Source of the DNA: Acidimicrobiales bacterium
GTDB lineage: Bacteria; Actinomycetota; Acidimicrobiia; Acidimicrobiales; Aldehydirespiratoraceae
DNA length: 64,000 nt
Direction: 5' to 3'
Assembly (NCBI GenBank): GCA_049437325.1
Contig: JBMTIM010000006.1
Location: 3,453 to 67,452, forward strand
Below, in pieces: positions 1 to 9,014 of the stretch. Made by a program: the position numbers and the translations under genes. Numbering within the stretch: the first letter of the stretch is position 1; the number at the start of each line of letters is the position of its first letter. Under the pieces are notes generated by a model, which did not search any database, was not told where the DNA came from, and saw only the letters and a list, made by a program, of their open reading frames with translations.

Positions 1-48
1 GCCTGAAACATCGTTCAGCGACCGCTCGCCCGGTCGTACACTCGAGGC

Positions 49-1155
49 ATGGCCAGTTCGTCCGGAACCCTCTTCCGCATCTCCACGTTCGGAGAGTCAC
101 ACGGCGGGGGCGTCGGTGTGGTGATCGACGGCTGCCCACCGCGGCTCGCGCTCGACGTCGGTGCCATCCAGGCCGATCTGGACAGACGGCGACCGGGTCA
201 GAGCCGCCTCGTCACCCAGCGTGACGAGGCCGATCAGGCCGAGATCCTGTCCGGCGTGTTCGACGGGTACACCACTGGCACACCGATTGCGATACTGGTT
301 CGCAACAGGGACCACAACAGCGGCGCGTATGAGCATCTGCGCGAGGTCTACCGACCGTCTCATGCCGACTACACCTACGACGCGAAATACGGGTTCCGGA
401 ACTGGACCGGGGGTGGTCGAGCGAGCGCCAGAGAGACCATCGGACGCGTTGCAGCCGCAGCCGTCGCCCGGCGCCTGCTTCGCGAGGTCGCCGGCGTAGA
501 GGTCTTGGCGTGGGTCGATCAAGTGGCAGACATCGACGCTGCCGTCGACGGCGACACGGTCACCATCGAGCAGATCGAAGCGGACCCCACCCGCTGCCCC
601 GACCCCCGTGCCGCAGCCGCCATGACCACGGCTATCGAGGACGCTCGCCGCAACGGTGACTCGCTCGGTGGTGTCGTTCGAGCGGTTGCACACCACGTTC
701 CGGCTGGCCTCGGGGAGCCCGTCTTCGACAAGCTCGACGCCGATCTCGCCGGCTCGCTGATGTCGCTCCCGGCGGCAAAGGGGGTGGAGATCGGAAGCGG
801 CTTCGCCGGTACTCGCATGACAGGGCTCGAACACAACGATCCGTTTGAGCCCGGACCAGACGGCTCCGTTCGTACCACCACCAACAACTCCGGTGGGATC
901 CAGGGCGGCATCAGCAACGGGGAAGCCATCACGGTTCGTGTGGCCTTCAAACCGACCGGCACCATCTCGAGTGAACAACAGACCGTCACCCGTGACGGCG
1001 AGGCCACGACACTCGCCGCCCGCGGCCGCCACGACCCGTGTGTGTTGCCTCGGGCCGTCCCGATGGTCGAAGCACACATGCTCCTGGTCCTTGCCGATCA
1101 TTGGCTGCGTCAGCGCGCCGTCGACGTGCTTCCTCCGCTGCCCTCGTTGCCGTAA
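49..1155 (+). CDS. aroC: chorismate synthase
   Basis: Full-length ORF. N-terminal [42 protein letters not shown] and GRHDPCV motifs are typical of AroC. Confidence 0.95.
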   Translation: MASSSGTLFRISTFGESHGGGVGVVIDGCPPRLALDVGAIQADLDRRRPGQSRLVTQRDEADQAEILSGVFDGYTTGTPIAILVRNRDHNSGAYEHLREVYRPSHADYTYDAKYGFRNWTGGGRASARETIGRVAAAAVARRLLREVAGVEVLAWVDQVADIDAAVDGDTVTIEQIEADPTRCPDPRAAAAMTTAIEDARRNGDSLGGVVRAVAHHVPAGLGEPVFDKLDADLAGSLMSLPAAKGVEIGSGFAGTRMTGLEHNDPFEPGPDGSVRTTTNNSGGIQGGISNGEAITVRVAFKPTGTISSEQQTVTRDGEATTLAARGRHDPCVLPRAVPMVEAHMLLVLADHWLRQRAVDVLPPLPSLP

Positions 1156-1162
1156 GGCCGAC

Positions 1163-2224
1163 TCAGACGAACGGCAGCGCGTGCACAGCCGCTGCGACAT
1201 CGGTCCCCCGAACGTCGATCGTCAGCGCTGTGGCTGCCTCGAGCGCCCGGTCGAGGAACGCAAGCGCAATGCCCTGTCCGAGCACAGGCGAAAAGTTTCC
1301 ACTGCTCACCATGCCGACCTCGACGCCGTCGAGTTTCACCAGTTGCCCAGCCCGAGGAGGGCGCCGACCCTCCACGAGAAGGCCATGGAGACGCTTACGC
1401 ACGCCGGCGGCCGTCTCCGCTTCGAGGGCCGACTTCCCCCGGAACTCGCCCTTGTCCATTCGGACGACCCAATCCAGACCGGCCTGTCCTGGGGTGATGC
1501 CAGGCCCGAGCTCATGACCGTGGAGGGGAAGGCCTGCTTCGAGACGGAGTGTGTCACGGGCGCCGAGTCCGGCCGGCTCGACGCCTGCGGCGAGGATGGC
1601 ATCCCAGACGTGCCGGGCTGCGGCGGCCGGCACTGCGATCTCGACGCCGTCCTCCCCGGTGTAACCGGTCCCAGCGGCGAGCACGTCGACGCCTGCGAGC
1701 GTGACAGAGCCCACGCAGAACCGACCGACGGTGTGCAAGGTCGGCGCAATGGCCTCGAGTCGAGCCCGAGCGTCCGGTCCTTGCACGGCCAACACCGCGC
1801 GCGACGTGGTCACGTCCTCCATGACCAGGTCTGCCGAGCCCAGCGCCTCGCTCACCCGATCGGTGTTCGACGCATTGGGCATGACATCGAAACGGTCGGT
1901 ATCGACCCACCACACGATGATGTCGTCCAAGACCGAACCATCGGCCGGATCGAGGAGATGGGTGTATTGGGCACGGCCCGGTCCGATCCGCGTGAGGTCG
2001 TTGGTGAACGCCCACTGGAGTGAGTCGAAGGCACCGGGACCGACCACGCGGAGCGTGCCGAGGTGTGAGACGTCGAACACGACAGCCGCGTTCCTGCAGG
2101 CCATGTGCTCTGCGAGTGTGCCCGAGTGGTACGCCAGGGGCATGCTCCAGCCCCCGAACGGCACCAGCTTGGCACCAGCCTCCACATGCGCGCTGTGAAG
2201 GGGTGAGCGCCGCTCAGGCGGCAT
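1163..2224 (-). CDS. gcvT: glycine cleavage system aminomethyltransferase (T protein)
   Basis: SPLHSAHVEAGAKLVPFGGWSMPLAY...VFDVSHLG N-terminus and overall length match GcvT. gcvH lies on the same strand nearby. Confidence 0.93.
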   Translation of the reverse strand: MPPERRSPLHSAHVEAGAKLVPFGGWSMPLAYHSGTLAEHMACRNAAVVFDVSHLGTLRVVGPGAFDSLQWAFTNDLTRIGPGRAQYTHLLDPADGSVLDDIIVWWVDTDRFDVMPNASNTDRVSEALGSADLVMEDVTTSRAVLAVQGPDARARLEAIAPTLHTVGRFCVGSVTLAGVDVLAAGTGYTGEDGVEIAVPAAAARHVWDAILAAGVEPAGLGARDTLRLEAGLPLHGHELGPGITPGQAGLDWVVRMDKGEFRGKSALEAETAAGVRKRLHGLLVEGRRPPRAGQLVKLDGVEVGMVSSGNFSPVLGQGIALAFLDRALEAATALTIDVRGTDVAAAVHALPFV

Positions 2225-2543
2225 CGGCGAGGACGAGCCCGTATTTGGTTCCGAGGGCCTCGATGTCGCGCCGGTAGAGCAGCTTCACGTTCACCTCAGG
2301 ATGCACGTCGGCCATCCGACGAACTTTGCGATTCTTCCTCGTGACGAGTGGCTGCCGCAGGGTGGTCAGCTCGACGTAGGTGTCGAAGTCAGGGAGGTAG
2401 AAGTCGGGCGTGAACGCCTCGACAACATTGCCGTCAGCATCGGTCTCGAGCACGAATGTCGTCGGCTCGTACTCGAACCGTACGCCGTAACCGGTCAGCA
2501 ACCCCGCAAGTTGGGCTTCCGACTCGTGCGCAAATGTTGCCAT
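2214..2543 (-). CDS. conserved hypothetical small protein (family not recognised)
   Basis: Uninterrupted 109-codon ORF with G/C-rich third positions. Its stop overlaps the gcvT start by 11 nt. The PDFYLPDFDTYVELT segment is vaguely PD-(D/E)xK-like. Confidence 0.5.
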   Translation of the reverse strand: MATFAHESEAQLAGLLTGYGVRFEYEPTTFVLETDADGNVVEAFTPDFYLPDFDTYVELTTLRQPLVTRKNRKVRRMADVHPEVNVKLLYRRDIEALGTKYGLVLADAA

Positions 2544-2552
2544 ACGCAGGTT

Positions 2553-3017
2553 TTAGTTCTCGCCAACCGCCCGTTGGGTGATGACCTGGTCCGCAATCTC
2601 GGGATAGAGCAACACGATGCGAGTGTCGACCTGTTCCTTGACCCCGGAGAGGGGCAGGACGTTGAGCACGCCCTGGCCGTTCTGCAGCAGATCGATGAGC
2701 TCTTCACCAGTGTTCACGAGCACCGAGTTGGAGCCATCGATCACGAGATTGGCCGATGCGACATCCTCCCCGAGCTGGTTTCGCATGTAGGCGAACACCT
2801 TTCGCACCTGCTCGAGACGGATGCCGGCATCGAGCAGACTCTTGATGACCTTCAACTCCAGAAGATCGCGATAGCTGTACTTGCGTCGACTCCCGCTCCC
2901 CGTCGCTTCGGCCATCGACGGCTTCACGAGATCGGTTCGCGCCCAGTAGTCGAGTTGCCGGTACGTGATATCGACGATCTCGGCTGTCCGCTTGCCGGAA
3001 AACCCCTGCTCGGTCAT
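2553..3017 (-). CDS. MerR family transcriptional regulator (Rv1830-like)
   Basis: N-terminal HTH KRTAEIVDITYRQLDYWARTDLVKPS. ATG at 3017 is preceded by GGGAG. The track ORF extends to a GTG at 3032. Confidence 0.85.
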   Translation of the reverse strand: MTEQGFSGKRTAEIVDITYRQLDYWARTDLVKPSMAEATGSGSRRKYSYRDLLELKVIKSLLDAGIRLEQVRKVFAYMRNQLGEDVASANLVIDGSNSVLVNTGEELIDLLQNGQGVLNVLPLSGVKEQVDTRIVLLYPEIADQVITQRAVGEN

Positions 3018-3040
3018 CTCTGACTCCCTCACTCAACCGA

Positions 3041-3062
3041 CATCGGCGAAATTACGCCGATG
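3041..3062. promoter_or_regulatory. perfect palindrome CATCGGCG-AAATTA-CGCCGATG upstream of the MerR gene (candidate operator)
   Basis: 8-bp perfect inverted arms with a 6-bp spacer, 24-45 nt upstream of the ATG at 3017. Confidence 0.4.
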
Positions 3063-3140
3063 TGACGGAGAAGACAATAGGGAATGTGGCGGCTGAAGGT
3101 CAACGACCATCCGCGCGAAGATTCGCGCGGAGCGCGCGAA

Positions 3141-3626
3141 TCAATCGGCGAAGTCGTCGGGCGAGATCGTGTCGAGGAAGTCCTTGAACTCCTCGACGAC
3201 CTCTTCGGGCTCGTCTGCCTCGGGCTCGTCGGTATAGCCGACCTCATCGACCACCTCGTCGGACGCGAAGATCGGCGTGCCGGTGCGAACAGCGAGTGCG
3301 ATCGCATCCGACGACCGACTCGACACCACCGTCCGTTGGCCCTCCCGGACCAGGTGGAGTTCGGCATAGAAGGTCTTGTCCCGCAGTTCGCTGAGCACGA
3401 CTCGATCCAAATCGACCGCAAGGGACTCGAGAAGGTCACGAATCAGATCATGGGTCATCGGACGCGGTGTGGCGACGCCGTCGAGCGCCAGCGCAATCGC
3501 CGTTGCCTCGGGCGCACCGATGAAGATCGGCACGGTACGACCTGCCCCCGAACGCTCCCGCAACAACACCATCGGCGCGTTGGCGGGCATCTCGACCCTG
3601 ACTCCGAGAAGCTCCATCTCCTGCAT
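3141..3626 (-). CDS. bifunctional nuclease family protein (DUF151, Rv1829-like)
   Basis: ELLGVRVEMPANAPMVLLRE...VPIFIGAPEATAIALAL...RPMTHDLIRDLL is the typical family pattern. It sits in the conserved position between two MerR genes. Confidence 0.85.
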   Translation of the reverse strand: MQEMELLGVRVEMPANAPMVLLRERSGAGRTVPIFIGAPEATAIALALDGVATPRPMTHDLIRDLLESLAVDLDRVVLSELRDKTFYAELHLVREGQRTVVSSRSSDAIALAVRTGTPIFASDEVVDEVGYTDEPEADEPEEVVEEFKDFLDTISPDDFAD

Positions 3627-3635
3627 GGATCCACC

Positions 3636-4193
3636 CTAGGCGCAGTAGAGGGCCTCCACGTACGCATCCGGATCCACGTTGAGCACCTCGAGGTCAGCAG
3701 CAGCCACACACCGTGCGTTGCGATAGCGGCCCTCGAAGTCCAGCCCATAGCCGATCACGAATCGATCCTCGATCTGCAGTCCGGTATGGCCGATCGCAAC
3801 CGGCACGACTCGGCGCGCCGGTCGATCGATGAGGGTGCACAGACTGAGCGACGCAGGCTTGCGGCGGGCGAACTCCCCGAGCAGAAACGCCGACGTCAGC
3901 CCCGTGTCGACGATGTCTTCCACGATGACCACCTGTCGACCCTCGAGGTTGGTCGACGCATCCATCACGAATCGAACACGACCAGTCCCGGGGGTGTAGG
4001 GGCTGAGCGACACGAAGTCGACGGTTGCCCGAATTGTCATGGCCCGCACGAGGTCGGCGAGAAAGGGAACGCTTCCTCGCAGCACCGCCACCAGAACAAC
4101 CCCGTCGTCGTATGCATCCGAGAGTTCGGCGGCCAACCGATCGACGACAGCACGCAGATCCGTCTCGTCGAGCAACACCTCGGGATGCTCCAT
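3636..4193 (-). CDS. hpt: hypoxanthine phosphoribosyltransferase
   Basis: The PRPP-binding motif VVIVEDIVDTGLT and FVIGYGLDFEGRYRN match Hpt. The internal ATG (MEHPEV) at 4193 sits 1 nt after the upstream gene's stop. The longer track ORF would overlap that gene. Confidence 0.9.
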   Translation of the reverse strand: MEHPEVLLDETDLRAVVDRLAAELSDAYDDGVVLVAVLRGSVPFLADLVRAMTIRATVDFVSLSPYTPGTGRVRFVMDASTNLEGRQVVIVEDIVDTGLTSAFLLGEFARRKPASLSLCTLIDRPARRVVPVAIGHTGLQIEDRFVIGYGLDFEGRYRNARCVAAADLEVLNVDPDAYVEALYCA

Positions 4194-4194
4194 G

Positions 4195-5007
4195 TCAGCG
4201 GTCGAACTCGAGCCCGAATGCCCGACGCACGAGCGACCGGTGGATCGCCTCTCCCTCCGCCACCAGACGAGCGAGTTCATCGCGAGCCCCAGCAGCGGCC
4301 GAGCCACCCTTGGTCAACGCCGCGCCGCGAAGCTGTTGCAGCATGCCGATCTCTCGATCGGCCGCGACCTTGTACATCCGAAGATGGCGGAGTTCCATGC
4401 CGCTCGCCCGGAGGGCCAACGCAGCTTTCACCACCAACAGCGCCTCGTGATCGAAAAGCGTCCCGTCATCGGTCCGATTCCCTTCGATGAGGCCCATCCG
4501 CTCGAGCTCGGCCACCATGCCGAGATCAGCTCCGGATGCGTCGGCCACGGCAGCAGCGGTGAGCTCGATCGATCCAAAACCACCCTCCGGGGTGTCGTTT
4601 GACGGAGAGTCGGACGACGACGGGTCAACGGTTTCCTGGGCCTCGGCCGACGGCGCGACGGCGTCGGCGAGATCCGGCTCGACCTCGCGTTCGGCAAACA
4701 GGGACGGTTCCGGCAGCGGAAGGCTGCCCGGCCGTTCGTCGATCTCGGCGATCGGGTCGAATCCCTCTTCGGCCACGCGCCGTTTGATCACTTTCAGTGG
4801 AAGGAAGTTGTCGCGCTGTTGCGTCAGAATCCACCGAAGCCGGTCGATGTCGCCCTGGTAGAACTTGCGGTAGCCCGACGGTGTCCGTTCCGGATCGATC
4901 AGACCCTGACTCTCGAGGAACCGGATCTTCGAAATGGTGACATCGGGGTGTTCCTCCTTCAGCAGGGAGAGCACCTCTCCGATCGAGTGATGCGGACCGT
5001 CGCTCAT
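4195..5007 (-). CDS. MerR family transcriptional regulator (Rv1828/FtsR-like)
   Basis: HSIGEVLSLLKEEHPDVTISKIRFLESQGLIDPERTPSGYRKFY HTH, plus a second MerR-like C-terminal domain. It lies in the syntenic position next to the FHA protein and gcvH. Confidence 0.85.
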   Translation of the reverse strand: MSDGPHHSIGEVLSLLKEEHPDVTISKIRFLESQGLIDPERTPSGYRKFYQGDIDRLRWILTQQRDNFLPLKVIKRRVAEEGFDPIAEIDERPGSLPLPEPSLFAEREVEPDLADAVAPSAEAQETVDPSSSDSPSNDTPEGGFGSIELTAAAVADASGADLGMVAELERMGLIEGNRTDDGTLFDHEALLVVKAALALRASGMELRHLRMYKVAADREIGMLQQLRGAALTKGGSAAAGARDELARLVAEGEAIHRSLVRRAFGLEFDR

Positions 5008-5018
5008 CGCGCCCTCCT

Positions 5019-5489
5019 TCAGACCTCGCCGGTGCCGTGAACGAACACGAGTTTGAACTTACCGACCTGCATCTCGTCGCCGTCGACGAGTTCAGCCCCC
5101 TCGGTCCGATCCCGGTTCACATACGTCCCGTTGAGGGAACCCACATCGCTCACCCAGTATCGAGCCCCGTCACGACGCACTTCGGCATGACGCCGAGAGA
5201 CCGTGATGTCGTCGAGGAAAATGTCGCTCGTCGGATGGCGGCCCACCGTAGTGACGTCTTGGTCGAGGGCATATCGGGCGCCTGACTTGGCCCCCTGGAC
5301 CACGACGAACAGCCCCTCGTGGGGGCCGAATGCAGATCGATCGATCCCTGCGAGAGCCGCCGGGTCGATGACCACGGCCGGCGTCTCGGTCGTGATCTCG
5401 TCGTGACGGAGATCGCTGCCGCACGACGGACAGAAAGTGGCACCCGCAGTGTTGGGGAGGCCACAGGCCGGACAGCCGCCGGGTGTCAT
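5019..5489 (-). CDS. FHA domain protein, GarA/OdhI-like, with N-terminal zinc ribbon
   Basis: CPACG...CPSCG zinc ribbon, an EITTETP Thr-rich segment, and an FHA core TVGRHPTSDIFLDDITVSRRHAEV...SLNGTYVN. The ATG at 5489 overlaps the gcvH stop (ATGA). Confidence 0.85.
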   Translation of the reverse strand: MTPGGCPACGLPNTAGATFCPSCGSDLRHDEITTETPAVVIDPAALAGIDRSAFGPHEGLFVVVQGAKSGARYALDQDVTTVGRHPTSDIFLDDITVSRRHAEVRRDGARYWVSDVGSLNGTYVNRDRTEGAELVDGDEMQVGKFKLVFVHGTGEV

Positions 5490-5869
5490 CAGCTCTCCGT
5501 CAGCGCCCGATACGCGGCCGCATCGAGAAGGCCATCGAGTTCCGAGGAATCGCTGACCGTGATCGTGCAGATCCAACCTTCGCCGTACGGGTCGCTGTTG
5601 AGTTTCTCGGGTTCGTCACCGAGATCGTCGTTCACCGATTCGATCATGCCGCTGACCGGGGCGTAGAGCTCGGACACCGACTTGGTCGACTCGACCTCAC
5701 CGAACGACCCACCGGCCGTCACTGCCGAACTCACTTCGGGCAGATCGACATAGACGACATCACCCAAGGCGTCCTGGGCGTAGTCGGTGATACCGACGGT
5801 CACCGTGTCACCGTCGACGCGGACCCACTCATGGTCCGAGGAGTAGCGCAATCCCTCAGGCGTATTCAT
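5489..5869 (-). CDS. gcvH: glycine cleavage system H protein
   Basis: LRYSSDHEWVRVDGD...GEVESTKSVSELYAPVSG contains the lipoyl-lysine motif ESTK. The start is taken at MNTPEG (5869). The upstream extension in the track is Arg/Ser-rich junk. Confidence 0.93.
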   Translation of the reverse strand: MNTPEGLRYSSDHEWVRVDGDTVTVGITDYAQDALGDVVYVDLPEVSSAVTAGGSFGEVESTKSVSELYAPVSGMIESVNDDLGDEPEKLNSDPYGEGWICTITVSDSSELDGLLDAAAYRALTES

Positions 5870-5906
5870 GCCCGCGAACCTAACGCATCGCAGACCGCTC
5901 GGCGGG

Positions 5907-6530
5907 TTACGCCTGCCGGTCGAGTCGGCCTTGGCGCAACGCCTCCCGGGCAAGCGGGACGTACTCGAATGCAGAGAGGTAGCTGTACACGAGCGATGGC
6001 ACGGCGAGGATCCAACCAGCAGTGTTGAACCAGCCGGCGGTGCTGTGCGTACTGGCACCGGCAAGCAGGAATGGAAACGCAAAGTACAGGCCGAACGTTG
6101 CGCACTTGCCCCACCAGGTGACATCGATGCGCCGCGCACCCATGGCACCGAGCAGGAGAGCTCCTACGGCCACGAGCACTTCTCGAAACAAGGTGACGAC
6201 GATCAGCCACCACGGCACTGCGCCGTCGAAGCCGATGGCGAGGATCGGGATGATCAACGACACGCGATCGGTCAACGGATCGATCACTTTGCCGAACTCG
6301 CTCACCACGTCGAATTTGCGAGCCCACCACCCGTCGACCCAGTCGGTTGCGCCGACACAGCCCCAGAGCCACGCTGCGGCCCACCGGTCCCCCTGATCGA
6401 GCAACAGCCAGAGGAACACGGGCACACAGGCGAGGCGGCCGAGCGAGATGAGGTTGGGGACCGTGAAAATCCTGTCCTCGAAGATGCCCACCTGCCGCTC
6501 GCGCGGGCCGTCGCCGGATTCCATGCTCAC
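5907..6530 (-). CDS. CDP-alcohol phosphatidyltransferase family protein (PgsA-like)
   Basis: DWVDGWWARKFDVVSEFGKVIDPLTDR matches the D(x)2DG(x)2AR...G(x)3D(x)3D signature. The protein has multiple TM segments. Confidence 0.85.
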   Translation of the reverse strand: MSMESGDGPRERQVGIFEDRIFTVPNLISLGRLACVPVFLWLLLDQGDRWAAAWLWGCVGATDWVDGWWARKFDVVSEFGKVIDPLTDRVSLIIPILAIGFDGAVPWWLIVVTLFREVLVAVGALLLGAMGARRIDVTWWGKCATFGLYFAFPFLLAGASTHSTAGWFNTAGWILAVPSLVYSYLSAFEYVPLAREALRQGRLDRQA

Positions 6531-6553
6531 GCCCTGCAGCCTACGATCCCCTC

Positions 6554-6952
6554 GTGCCCACCATCTTCACCCGCATCATCGACGGCGAGATCCCCGGTCG
6601 TTTCGTCTACTCCGACGACGTCTGCGTTGCCTTCATGGACGTCCGTCCACTCGCACCCGGACATGTGCTCGTCGTACCCCGAGCCGAGGTCGACCAGTGG
6701 ACCGATCTCGAAACCGACACGGTCGCCCATCTCATGACGGTCGCCCATCGCGTCGGCCAGGCGCAGCGCGACGTGCTTTCCCCCGCTCGGATCGGACTGA
6801 TGATCGCCGGGTTCGAAGTTCCGCACGTCCATGTGCACGTCGTGCCGATGAACGACATGGCCGACCTCGACTTCCGTCAGGCCGATCCGGCACCCGACCA
6901 GGTCGAGGTCGAACGCATCCACGCAGCACTGTGCGAGGCGCTGGCGCAGTGA
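6554..6952 (+). CDS. HIT family protein
   Basis: MPTIFTRIIDGEIPG N-terminus and the histidine triad HVHVHVVP. Confidence 0.9.
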   Translation: MPTIFTRIIDGEIPGRFVYSDDVCVAFMDVRPLAPGHVLVVPRAEVDQWTDLETDTVAHLMTVAHRVGQAQRDVLSPARIGLMIAGFEVPHVHVHVVPMNDMADLDFRQADPAPDQVEVERIHAALCEALAQ

Positions 6953-6953
6953 C

Positions 6954-7700
6954 TCACCCGTCGCTCATGGGGCTGGATTCCTCGATCAGCGACGAACGGT
7001 TGTTGCGGACGTTGTTCACGTCGGTCGAGACCGGATGCAGACGAATCAGTTCGGCCGGGGCCGGCACGAGAAACGACCGGAGGGCATCGACGTCGTGGTT
7101 GTCGCGATCGAGCCAGGTGTCCCAGACGTCGGGGGGCAGCATGACCGGCATTCGGTCATGGACCTCGGCCACCCTCTCGTTCGGTTCCCCGGTGATGATG
7201 GTGCAGCTGTAAAGCTCGAGTGGCTCGCCCGCCTCGTCGAGACTGTTGCGATCCTTCCAGACGTCCCAGACACCTGCGAACGCGAGCGGGGCACCGTCGA
7301 TCGAGGTCAGATACATCGGCTGCTTGCGTTTGTGACCCTCGACCTTCTTCCACTCGTAGAAGCCGTCGGCGGGGATGATGCAGCGCTTCTTCGCAAACGG
7401 TCGTTTGAAGGACTGCTTCTCGTGGATGGTCTCGGCGCGGGCATTGATCATCTTCGATCCGATCTTCGGATCCTTCGCCCAGAACGGCACCAATCCCCAG
7501 TGGAACCGTTCCAGCCGACGACCACCGTCCTGTTCGTAGACGGTGTACACGGCGTGCGTGGGAGCAACGTTGTAGTTGGCGGTCCACGCGCGCCCGGTCT
7601 GCTCGTCGGCACTACCCCCGTCCGATGCGAGCATCGACTCTGCGCCGAAGTACTGCGCCAGTTGATCGGGGGGTGTCGCAGAGACATACCGGCCGCACAT
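6954..7700 (-). CDS. SOS response-associated peptidase (SRAP/YedK family)
   Basis: N-terminal MCGRY (catalytic Cys2), WGLVPFWAK and NARAET motifs. Confidence 0.9.
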   Translation of the reverse strand: MCGRYVSATPPDQLAQYFGAESMLASDGGSADEQTGRAWTANYNVAPTHAVYTVYEQDGGRRLERFHWGLVPFWAKDPKIGSKMINARAETIHEKQSFKRPFAKKRCIIPADGFYEWKKVEGHKRKQPMYLTSIDGAPLAFAGVWDVWKDRNSLDEAGEPLELYSCTIITGEPNERVAEVHDRMPVMLPPDVWDTWLDRDNHDVDALRSFLVPAPAELIRLHPVSTDVNNVRNNRSSLIEESSPMSDG

Positions 7701-7710
7701 GCCAACCCCC

Positions 7711-8943
7711 CTACGGAAGCTCGCCGGTCAGCGTGCAGGTACCAGCCTTCCCAGCGCCGAGATCGAACAGCAGATCGTCACCCACCGCACCTCCGAAACG
7801 TGGAATCCGGACGTCGCTCCCGGGGTCGACGGCAATCGTCGAGCGCTGGCTCAGCACCTCGTAGTCATCGTCACTGTCGACGATGAGCTGGACACGAACA
7901 GCATCGGCGAAACCAGTGCCCCCCTCGGGCAGGTCGACCTGTCCGGCCGGAATGTCGAGCGCCAGCAGCAGTGCCGTCGGCCCGGCACACCCGACCGCCG
8001 GTTCACGTCCGACCGGATCGGTGCACGGCCCGTGCGTGACGGTGTCGAGCGGCCGCAGTCCCGACGTCACCACACTCGCTCGGAGGCAGGCCACATCGGC
8101 GAATCCGGTCGGTCCGACGATGACCACGTGGCCGGCACCTGCGAACTGGAACAGGGCCGCAACGAGCGAACCGGGCGGATAGGGAAAGGCGGCGAACGGG
8201 GGTGTCGTGACCCGATCCTCCACCGGACCAGCACCGCTGCGAACTGCAACGGTTTCGCTGAGTACCGTGGTCAACGCCGGTTCCGCAACGGGAGGACCAC
8301 CCTCGAGGGCGGCGACGGCCGCCGGTTCACCGGTCGTCTCGAACTGGAGCGCCCCTCGCTCCCGTGGCGGTTCGATACCGAACTCCTGGTATGCCCACCA
8401 GCCCCCGACGAGCACAACACCGGCCACGACCAGGCCAGTCACGCTCGCCACGATCCGTTGTCGCCGGCCGAGCACCAGGTTCTTCTCGACCTGTCGCTCG
8501 TCGAGTCGCTCTTGCAGCGTGAGCGGCCCGAATGCCTCGTCCCGGGCACCGCCGGCGATCAGCTCACGCCAGCGCATCTGCACATCGTCGGGCATGGCCA
8601 CCAGATGCGTCTCGAACAACTCGCCGACACCCTCTGAGTACAGCAGGAGCAGCCCGTTGCTTCGCACGTGCTCGACGGGGTCCTCCAGGTCGTAGTCGAG
8701 TTGGCGTTCTCCGGCGAGCAGATCGAAAAAACGTCGAGCAGCTGCGTCGGCTTCTGCGGCCGTGTACGACGTTCCGGCCGGCGCAACCGGCAGTCGAATC
8801 GGCCCGTCACCGGCGCGGAGAAACCCGGTGGTCACGACGAAACTGTCGGGCCGAATGTCCTCCGCCGTAGGAGGGGGCAACTGCTCGGGCAGTTCTCCGC
8901 CGTGCTCATCGGGAGCGGTGATGTCTGGGAGGTCGTGGCTCAC
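7711..8943 (-). CDS. hypothetical single-pass membrane protein
   Basis: 410-codon ORF with coding-like codon bias. It has one central TM (IVASVTGLVVAGVVLVGGWWAY). I recognise no family. Confidence 0.55.
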   Translation of the reverse strand: MSHDLPDITAPDEHGGELPEQLPPPTAEDIRPDSFVVTTGFLRAGDGPIRLPVAPAGTSYTAAEADAAARRFFDLLAGERQLDYDLEDPVEHVRSNGLLLLYSEGVGELFETHLVAMPDDVQMRWRELIAGGARDEAFGPLTLQERLDERQVEKNLVLGRRQRIVASVTGLVVAGVVLVGGWWAYQEFGIEPPRERGALQFETTGEPAAVAALEGGPPVAEPALTTVLSETVAVRSGAGPVEDRVTTPPFAAFPYPPGSLVAALFQFAGAGHVVIVGPTGFADVACLRASVVTSGLRPLDTVTHGPCTDPVGREPAVGCAGPTALLLALDIPAGQVDLPEGGTGFADAVRVQLIVDSDDDYEVLSQRSTIAVDPGSDVRIPRFGGAVGDDLLFDLGAGKAGTCTLTGELP

Positions 8944-9014
8944 GTTGTGCGGAGACTACGCCCAACGTCGCCAGCGCTGGTGGCGCTTGCTGCGGGTTCT
9001 GCGACAATCTGCGG

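Noticed and set aside
97-1200. 367-aa ORF antisense to aroC. Similar long antisense or off-frame ORFs occur at 845..2023, 9705..11318, 25211..27016, 42957..45173, 47163..48665, 53788..54849 and 59761..61821.
   Set aside because: Each overlaps a gene with clear family motifs on the other strand or frame. The products are Arg/Gly/Pro/Ser-rich low-complexity strings typical of stop-poor shadow frames in GC-rich DNA. I saw no recognisable motifs.
1163-5906. Glycine riboswitch upstream of gcvT or gcvH.
   Set aside because: gcvT overlaps the preceding gene, and gcvH has only a 37-nt upstream gap. There is no room and no matching motif.
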